Positions 54,714 to 64,000 of a DNA stretch of 64,000 bases are shown here, piece after piece (the first letter of the stretch is position 1; every line of letters begins with the position of its first letter). A program made the position numbers and the translations under genes. The notes under the pieces were generated by a model. That model ran no database searches, was not told the DNA's origin, and saw only the letters and a list, made by a program, of their open reading frames with translations. This stretch comes from Chrysomallon squamiferum (lineage: Eukaryota; Animalia; Mollusca): contig CM022665.1 of NCBI GenBank assembly GCA_012295275.1, positions 25,854,001-25,918,000 of the forward strand, in the 5' to 3' direction.

Positions 54714-55079
54714 GAAGACTGGAAATTCATACTTTGAATGCTGTTGTGACCCGTGCTTGTTGCAATCCATGCTTGTTCTGTCTGTCGGTGCTTCCTGTAT
54801 TCTGATATAGGTTTGGGGATTACGAGAAGTTCGTCTTTTATTGAAGAAAATAGAACTTTTCCAATGACAGCCATTTTTTATTTTTGCCTCAGCGTTGCAG
54901 AAATGCAGTGCACAAAAAGATAAATGCAATTCATCTCGGGCGGATTGAAACACAGATGAAGCATACACTTCCCAACACCAGTGATCAATGAACAGTTTCT
55001 GATTTTTTTTTTTTTTTTGTTTGTTTATTTATTTATTTATTTATAATAAAGCAAACATTTTTTTTCAAAATATTCAACA

Positions 55080-55152
55080 AGCCGACGTAGGGACTCGAAC
55101 CCTAGACCCTCAGATTAAAAGTCTGATGCTCTACCGACTGAGCTACGAAGGC
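55080..55152 (-). tRNA. trnK: tRNA-Lys(UUU), copy 5
   Basis: Identical to copy 1; T4 about 10 nt downstream. Confidence 0.92.
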
Positions 55153-55359
55153 TGTAATAAAAGTTAATATGAATGAATAGCGTCAGCTAAGTACCATTAT
55201 TAATATTATTAATAACTGTATTATAAGTAATTTCCGTATTTAAATAATTTTATTTAAAATATAATAAATAAATAAATAAATAAATAAAAATTATAAAAAT
55301 TAAAAAGATTAAATTAAAAAACAACATACCATTTACAGAAACAGGATAGCATAACTATA

Positions 55360-55390
<31 letters not shown>

Positions 55391-55765
55391 TAATAATAAT
55401 AATAACAAACTGGCAGGTTCACCCGGCATCATATAACAATATTATACTTATAACCCAATATGAATCGCTTGTTTAACACAACAGTGATAATTGTCTATAC
55501 TATTTTTCATTGTTTGTTCTGAAGATCTTTACGATATTTTTGTACACTTACTTTTCCTGTGCTGAAGTTTTACACATCGATTTTCACTAAATTTCTTTTA
55601 TCTTTTTTTATTTTTTATTTCTTATTTTTTTCAGTGCCTGTCTGTTTACGCAGTTATGAATTATGCAGCTAAGTTAAATAAAGGTAACTAAATATTCTGT
55701 AGTGTTTATTTGTATTTATTTATTTATTTATACACTTTACATAATTATTCTGGTAATCTATTGAC

Positions 55766-55801
<36 letters not shown>

Positions 55802-56176
55802 ATGGGTTGTTTTTTGTGATGAGTCTTTATTTTATTTGTTTTTAAAAACATTTTTGTAAACGCGGAAATTTTTCTTTTTCGTTTTTCATAATGCATTTGT
55901 ATTTTCTTTTTCAAATTTATGTGACTTTTTTTTAGTTCATGTCTTTAAATATATGCTGTACAATTTATTGTCTATTACGGTTGAATTCGTTGCTTTTAAA
56001 ATCTGAATGTATGAAAACTAAAGAAGTATGCTTCTGAAATATCTGTACATGTCAATTTTAAATACATCATATTATAAAAATACTAAAGGAACGAACATTA
56101 TATTTCTTCTTTAGCTACTCACATAAATACCGTCCCGAAAAACAAATGGCAAAATAGTTTAATATATACATATATA

Positions 56177-56498
56177 CAGATATCGAACCAATTATCCGGC
56201 GTCCAGAAAGACCAGAAAACCGGAAGTTTTGTTCCCGACTCAAGTTTCATTGTTCGCGCGCGTAGGTGTTGTCCTCACCAGACCGGAACTACTATTTCAA
56301 GCCGCGTGGCGTTCGTTCACTCGCCGCATTGTTTACGTGTCGAGTTGCCACAAGTTGTGTATCGTCAATTTTGTTGTTTTTTTTGTTTTTTTTTAAAATG
56401 TTTATGCCTAATTATTTACTTATTTAGATGCCTTGGTATCAAAAAACCGGATAATCCAGAAATCCGGAATGCCTCAGACCCCAAGGAGTCCGGATAAT
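56177..56498. mobile_element. Degraded Tc1/pogo-type MITE
   Basis: TA|CAG...ATTATCCGG at the left end and CCGGATAAT twice at the right (inverted), multiple CCGGA motifs, GC-rich interior. Confidence 0.5.
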
Positions 56499-56655
56499 AT
56501 ATATATTTTTTTTTTTTTCGGCAGTGTGACACCAGTTATATCATGAAATATATTTTGTGACTGAATAACACTAAAATAACAATAATAAAATGAAATTGTA
56601 TGACAGGTAGATATTTCAAGATTTAATAGAAGAAATATTATTAAATAAAAATGAT

Positions 56656-56730
56656 AACCAACGTAACGACTCGAACCCTAGATCCTCGGATTAAAAATGT
56701 AGATGCTCTACCGACCGAGCTATGAAAGAC
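56656..56730 (-). pseudogene. Full-length but heavily substituted tRNA-Lys pseudogene
   Basis: Plus strand AACCAACGTAACGACTCGAACCCTAGATCCTCGGATTAAAAATGTAGATGCTCTACCGACCGAGCTATGAAAGAC aligns end to end with about a dozen differences that break stems. Confidence 0.85.
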
Positions 56731-57518
56731 CTGTCAACAATACGTAAATAAATGAACACTTGGCTGTCTTACAAGATAAACTGTCTAAAAAAGATTTATA
56801 TTTAACTGTATTCGATTATTTACCAGATGTTGCTCCAGAATTACTTCGGGAAGGAGATAACCAAAAAAAAAAAAAAAAAAAAAAAAAAAACCAGTCAAAC
56901 AACAACACTAAGTTAAATTAAAATATCAGATCCAAACATCACGTAAACCAAACTAACTGTAACACAGTGGGTTTCAACCACTCACAGCCAACCAAGTTCT
57001 GAAAACGTTTAGGTGTACTAGAGCCGTATGGTCGTGTTCATTAATAGTTCATATTTAACCATTTATTTATTTTGCATGGTAAGATTTCTGGGACGTCGAC
57101 ATTAATTGTTTCAGAAAAGTTCTTATTAATGCATGACATATAAATTGCCTCCACTCCATACATTAAAATTGCACAATTGTATTCCATAGTAAACATTATT
57201 TGCTCTGCTTCATGTAATGTTTATGTTTATCATTCACATACCAAGCTAATACCATCAGTTAGAAAAAATTATAATTATTATTATTCACATTATTACCATT
57301 AGAAAACTTTATACTAATATTACTGCATAATGTATACATGACAAAAAGTCATAATCTGCTTTGTCGCTCGTTTATAATAATTCTGAAAAATCCTATTCAA
57401 ATTATTGTTAATATCGAAAGTATTCAATGATTATTACATAAAAATGTGTATTGTCTCAATTATAATAAATCTTCAAAAACTTATTACAGTCGCAGAACGA
57501 TAAGGACGCGAACAAATC

Positions 57519-57554
<36 letters not shown>

Positions 57555-57798
57555 TAATTACTCAAAAAAAAAAAAAAAATAATAATAATTAATTACTCAA
57601 AAAACAACCTTTTCTTGCAAAACAACCATGAATAGGAAAATTAGTGGTGATAATAAGTATTTTAAAATAAAATATTTATTCAGAACTTTTGCTTTAATTT
57701 AATATTTAATTATTTAGTTTACAAAATATACATAATTATAATAAGTTAAAATAGATATATAAAATGTAAAAAAATAATAATAATAATAAAAGAAAGTC

Positions 57799-57863
57799 AG
57801 CCGATGTAGGGACTCGAACCCTAGACCCTCAGATTAAAAGTCTACCGACTGAGCTACGAAGGC
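57799..57863 (-). pseudogene. tRNA-Lys pseudogene with an 8-nt deletion at the D-stem/anticodon-stem junction and G67A
   Basis: Plus strand ...AAAAGTCT|ACCGACTG... lacks GATGCTCT; otherwise one substitution. Confidence 0.88.
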
Positions 57864-58777
57864 TGTAAGAAAACACATTAAAGGAACACGTGTGAATATC
57901 TGGTTTTGATACTAGACAACAAGACGATATTGCTAATCGATGACACATAAAAAATAAAAAAACCCAAAAAAAAAAAAAACATTATATAATCAAATAAAAT
58001 ATATTTAGATTACAGTTGGTTATCACAAGAATATCTGGTGATAAATTTGTTGGTGTTAAAATAAAATTTTCCTGTAAAAATATTTATCATCAGGATATTT
58101 ACCAGCTGTTACCTACACTCACATACCTGTAACATATGATATACGATATTAGTTTTATTACTCAGAACTAGATATGACATTCTGTTTATTAGGCTTAGCA
58201 CGTGTACGTCAAATCCGCAGCTTGTTCAGTTATGAGAAGCGAAACGTTTGTGGTGTGCTTAAACAGTAACCAAAACTCAGTCAGTCACAAACAGGGTTGT
58301 CGGAGGAAAATCATGCACAACTACTTCAGAAGGAACGAGCACCCAAGCCTCGCTCTTACAACTGAATGAAATAATATAGCGTAATAAAAGAAGATTAACG
58401 ATGGTAGTTCCCAAAATATTAATCAAAATATTAAAATTTAAATTTAGAAAAAAAAAAAAAAATAATAATAAGAACAAGAAAAAGAAGAACAGCAACAACA
58501 ACTAAAAACTGAGAAACTGTATAAATGATTTCTGCCGGCGCGTACTTAATAAAACAAGAATGATATTAATAATTAAGCGATTAATAAAAATAAACTCGCT
58601 TCAACAAAGTTTAAAAAAAATTCATTTATCAGTAATATGAAAAATATTAACTTTATAAAATGTTTTGTCCCTGAGTGTAAAGATGTGTTGTAATTTAATT
58701 TTTGCCTTAATTTGTATAATACTTCCATAAATATATAAATAAAATAAAATAAAATAAATAAATAAATAAATAAACAA

Positions 58778-58801
58778 AACAACAACAACAACAACAACAA
58801 C

Positions 58802-58863
<62 letters not shown>
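58778..58863. repeat. Compound (AAC)n(TAA)n microsatellite
   Basis: Perfect triplet runs. Confidence 0.95.
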
Positions 58864-58866
<3 letters not shown>

Positions 58867-59154
58867 TATATTTAAAGTGCAGATGGTTATTTATTTATGT
58901 TAAAATTTTGTTGTAAAATTATTTGGTATCAGGATATTTACTTACCAGCTGTTATATATACCCACTATATTCCACGCTGCAAGTAATATTATACTCCAAA
59001 ATATACATATGATATTCTGTTTATTATATATTAATAGTTATAATATAGCGTAATAAAAGAAAATGAATGATACTAATCATTTAGAGGTTACTACAAATAA
59101 CAATATATAAATGTATTAATAAAAAAATAATAATATGGCGAAAGAAAAAAACTA

Positions 59155-59227
59155 AGCCGACGTAGGGACTCGAACCCTAGACCCTCAGATTAAAAGTCTG
59201 ATGCTCTACCGACTGAGCTACGAAGGC
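59155..59227 (-). tRNA. trnK: tRNA-Lys(UUU), copy 6
   Basis: Identical to copy 1; T7 about 4 nt downstream. Confidence 0.92.
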
Positions 59228-62200
59228 TATATAACAACAGTTAGAAAATGAACGACCCACTGAATGTTACGATTTTATTTACCGGGTTAAAACACAATCT
59301 GGCGGGGTTTTGTCGTGATAATGACCTACATAAACCTGAGTTGTATTAAAATGCCGTTACAGTATAAAAAAAAAGTTATAAATATTAATACAACTTGGTA
59401 ACATAATGTTAGACTATACAGCATTCCATTCTTTTTTTTCTGTTAAAACCATTTACTTCCAGAAATTTATAATCTATTTTTTTAATCATTATTTTGCAGT
59501 TAAAATTAGAAAAAAATATAGTAATAAATATTGAAAAAAAAAAAAAAAATAATAAAAATATATATATATATCTCTATATATATATATATAGGCCTCTACT
59601 GATTTGCAAATATTTTAATTATATAAATGATGCGTGGAATACCTTATTTTAAAAATTAATTTAATTTAAATAAATTTGGTTTAAAAGAAAAAAGCAGAAG
59701 AAAGAAAATAATTTTGTATATTTTCTAGGTATTATAGTGAAAGAAAATTAACTATTGGATAGAGCTATGTATCAATTATGCATCATGGTGATGATAAAAA
59801 AAATATAATAAATAAATGAAATTTAAAAATAAACAAGATAAAACATTTTTAGATATATAGAGAGACAGACAACATATATAAAAAGTTATATTTAATTATA
59901 ATATATATAACTAAATGAATGAAATAATTATTTCCCCATAAATCATTATTGTGGTTTTCTTCTCAAAGATAAAATATTAAGTGATGTTTCTTTCTTTCAC
60001 CTAAATAAATAGAAACCGCAGGTTGCAGTCTGATAATCGATATTAGCTTTTGTCTGCATTTTAATTGTCTTATTACAGATAGGTGTCTTACCCGGCAACC
60101 ACTTGGTAATCAAACCACAAAAATGTTTATTGATCTATGTGTACAAATATGTCAAGTATTAGATATATAAACATAAGAAAACAAGGTTCAAGACGATACA
60201 AAAAATAAATAAAATAAAATACAATAAAAGCGGCGATCACTTAATTTGTGTGGGGTACGTTTTTCTGTGATGTTAATTCATTATAAGAAATAACTACTAT
60301 GGACCCCATTACATACAAGACAATAAAGAGAAGCTTAATACTAAATGCTTAAGAGCTTTGCTATCTGAATTCAGAAGAAAAATAAACCCCTTTAACCTTG
60401 TAAATGATTTGGGAATAACAACGCAGTATTCTGTGTTGACACAAAAGAAGAAGACGACGTAAAGTCCATCAGCAGACGATGTGAACTTTGTGCAACATCA
60501 TCAGAATACGTGGACGCCACCGCAAAATTACAGCGCTCCTAATTTTACGTGAAACCCGGACCATCGGAATTATCGTGGTGACGCTAAAATCCAAACAACA
60601 CGGACATGTTTGCAAAGAGAATGCTGCGGTCGTGACTGGAATCTAGAGAAAGACACGTGAAGCAAATGTCACCAGCTTTGAGAATAATCTGATTCTTTGA
60701 TTCTACAAATCATGAGGCAACATAATTATAGTGATTTATTTTACGTTGGTGAATGTTAAATTTATGCCCTATTGTATTTATTATTATTATTATTATTATT
60801 ATTAAGCAGAAATAAACAAAACTTGTTTTTGATGAAAACAAATATTTATGTTTTATCACAGGACCACTATCAAAACATCTATCGCAGTCAATACGAGTAC
60901 CGGAAGTCTCGATCTTCAACAGAGTAATAATCCGAAAGACCTCTTCAAAATGATCCGCTTTTGGCGTGAGCCAGTGTTATCTATAATTAGTTTCACCTCT
61001 TATCCTATTGATCTTTTCTTGTCAACACACGATTTATAATCTCCATACATTTTATTTGTTTGACAGACCCATACCCCCTCTTTTTAATTTTGTTTTTTTA
61101 TTTTTTACTTCCTAGATATTAGGAATAATACTGCGTCTCTTTATCACCCACCTCCGATAACTCATATCTCCTTTTTTGTTGTTACTGTTACAAAAGAAAT
61201 AAATAAATATGCAGTACACTTACAATCGAGCTAATCGATTACACAAGAAAGTGAATGAAAAGCAAAGAGTTGAACGGCATAATCAATATTTTTTTTTATA
61301 CAGAATGCGGTTTCTTTATATTGTTGCTTAGTAAACATTTCCGTGTTGACACATTTAGGAATCGGAAGAATATAAGGGTAAAAGATAAAATGAAAATGTT
61401 TTTTTTTTTGTTGTTTTTTTTGAGGTTTTTTTTTTTTGAGATTTTTTTTTGGGGGGGGGTTCATCAGGATTTTAGAAGAAATTTTTATTTACGATTCATA
61501 TCGGACACAAAATTATTTGTCCATTACTTGGCTTGTAAATCATAATTTTTGTATCAGTTCCAAACAAACTATTTAAATATTGATTAGGGAGATACATGCC
61601 TAAATGTCAAATATATGTCACCACCTAATAATTTGCCGTTAGTTAACTTTTCTTCAATACCATAAATATATCGTTGAACTAAAACCGGGTGAAACAGATC
61701 ATAGTGTGCTATTCTGTCTTTATTTCTTGTCAGTAGAGATTTTGTCATTTCTTGCTCTTATAGGAATTTACTAATCGATAACAATGTTCCACGTTTTAGA
61801 GGCAGACTTTTACTTTTTTGTAATATTAACGAAATAATATATTAAAGGTTTTTGGAGTGGAAAAAGTATCTGCATCAGGGGAGGTTAAAAATGTTGAGGT
61901 TTAGCGCAGTCATAAAATTATAGATTCTGAATATATAATTTTAATTTATAAATTTTTATAATATTTTTAAGCATCTGAAACAACTAATAATGATCAGAAT
62001 AACATAGAACAATAAATAAATTATACAAATAAGTGAAGAATTCAGCGTAGGTCACTACTAAATGATACATAAATAAGAAGACAATTATTGGTCGTATTGC
62101 GACAAGCAGACTGGCTGTTGTGAAAATCAATGCGACAAGCTTTGAATCCATCGCACTTTTGGCAGGTCTTTGGCGCCAACGGAGCCAAGATGACATGAAT

Positions 62201-64000
62201 CAAGACAAATGCCCGTTTAAGTATGAACACCGTGTTTATCCGTTCACCTATCGCCGGTATTTCGGCCACTCTATCTCGCACTCAGCTGACCATCAAAGAT
62301 AATTTCTGATTCGCACATGACTGTCGAGTACGCTCAAATTCTATCGATTAGCAAAGACGTCTTTTTGTAAGAACCAAAGACGTATCCATCACTTTGGTTT
62401 CCTTTTATGTGACAATGAAAAGAATCGTGAAAACAAAGGAATATGAGGGTGAAGTAATCTTGATTGAGCGACACCAATTATGGAAGGCGGTCAAGTCGTC
62501 CTATTGTGGTGCTTTGCGGTTAAACAGTCATATAATGACCCGTGATTCAATATTCAAGGATATGTTTTCTTCTTTTCCAGCCATTAGCAGATCTTCAAAA
62601 CTATTCTGTCTCTTTTCTTAAAGGCCAATAATTTATAGCTTATTTCATTTGCAAACTTAATGTTTGGTATTATTTTACAAAATAATGGACAAGCAATACT
62701 GAAATATGCTGAAGAAAGTATTAACTTTAAAAATAATATGTAAAACATATACCTATATACTTTGTTTGAATTTACAGAATTAATTCAGTCATACATACAG
62801 GTATATACTGAGTTACAATGGATTAAAATTAATGAAATCCTGTAACTTCAGCTTTGCCATTGTGTTGTACTATATTCATTCGCTCTGTACAAGATGACAT
62901 TCAAAGGATAAAAAAGAAATTTGTACTTTGAAAATCTTATTTATATATTCCTTTTATATCCTCATTTTAAATAGTTAAATAGTTTTATGCAGTTAATGAG
63001 TATGTATATCTGTCATTCTAACTGCCGGATTCTGTACACATATTAAATAATGACTACGTATAACATATCGTCTTTTAATATTTACTTATTGAGTTTTCTT
63101 TTTCTTTTTGAATAAAACAGTCTGACAAAATGAAATATGTTTTCTTTTTATATTCTATGACACTAATCCTATATGAAGGCCAAGTGTGCAATATCGCCTT
63201 ACATTTTACATAACAGTTAGAAATATATCTGAAATGCGCTCTGAAAATAAATAAATAAATAAATGATGCATGTGCACAAGTTAAAAATATGAGAATGAGA
63301 GAGAGAGAGTTAGTTCTTTGAATTTTCGAGCGTTCGCAAGGAAAGAATATGAGAGAATGAAGGAATGAATGAATTATGAAATGCCTATAATTCTTACAAA
63401 ATATTTCTTCTTTTTGTGTGGGTGGAGGGCCAATTGCTGGCGTTCTATTTTCCGTCATTCATCAATCAGTGTTTAGAATTGCAGTTGCCATTTTTATAAT
63501 CTGTATTAGTGCAGGTGACAGCTTTATCTGTTGTTTCACTTCTTTCTGTGATTTAGATATCGATTTGTTCTTTGTTATTTTAGGTATTATTATTGTAAAA
63601 TTATTTTTTTTATCATTACTTTTAATTTAAAAAAAAAAAATAAAAAAGAAAGAAATTCACATGTCGATTTAATACCGAATAATCATTTTCATTTAAAAAA
63701 AAAAAAAAAAACATTTTAGTTGCTTGTCGGCTACTTTCATCTCACTACGTTTTTTTAAAACAATTCTGTTAAAAAAATTGAATGACTGGCAATGATTTGT
63801 TTACGATGTTATCTGACAGTCTCATTGCGCAAACAAGAATCCAGGTCGATCGGTCAGAAAACATTTTAATCCTGAAAATGTGATGAGATTTAGTTACGAT
63901 GAGTCATTACATGGGTACAGAAATGACACTAACAAGTATGTGGTTTGCTCTTGATGACCCCAGTTAAACGTTCAAAACTAAACAGTAGTCCGCACAAATA

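Noticed and set aside
54540-54995. Possible decayed hAT-like transposase fragment on the minus strand
   Set aside because: Composition looks coding-like, but motif similarity is too weak to support without a search.
27865-59227. The 73-nt repeats as a CRISPR array or a tRNA-derived SINE
   Set aside because: Spacing is kilobase-scale and irregular, there are no cas genes and the context is eukaryotic. There is no shared body, tail or target-site duplication beyond the tRNA, and identity stops at the tRNA ends.
60380-62620. GC-richer patches (60400-60700, 62040-62600) as exons or retroelement remnants
   Set aside because: The frames examined are interrupted and show no recognisable domain or consistent splice pattern.

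Overview
This is eukaryotic DNA: very AT-rich, dense in microsatellites and containing spliceosomal introns. It is probably from an invertebrate, and repeat remnants suggest a gastropod mollusc (inference). Contents: (1) the last two coding exons of a + strand gene ending in a C3HC4 RING finger (2031-3502), with a decayed pogo/Tigger-type transposase in the upstream intron (1-830, minus). (2) A complete, phase-consistent 7-exon minus-strand gene (44970 to 11352; 2715 nt, 904 aa). It encodes a signal peptide, a tiny ectodomain, one TM helix, a periaxin/AHNAK-type PDZ domain and a long disordered tail. (3) A family of tRNA-Lys(UUU) genes: six 100% identical 73-nt copies (one intronic at 27865, five within 48979-59227) and four broken copies. 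Every intact copy has the same atypical acceptor stem (U4:C69 and U5:U68 mismatches, U73) beside compensatory pair changes, and a positioned upstream TTC(A/T)TTT-like motif. The rest is MITE/SINE remnants, mini- and microsatellites and local duplications. Most short ORFs in the supplied track are microsatellite artefacts. All family assignments are by eye or from memory; no searches were run.
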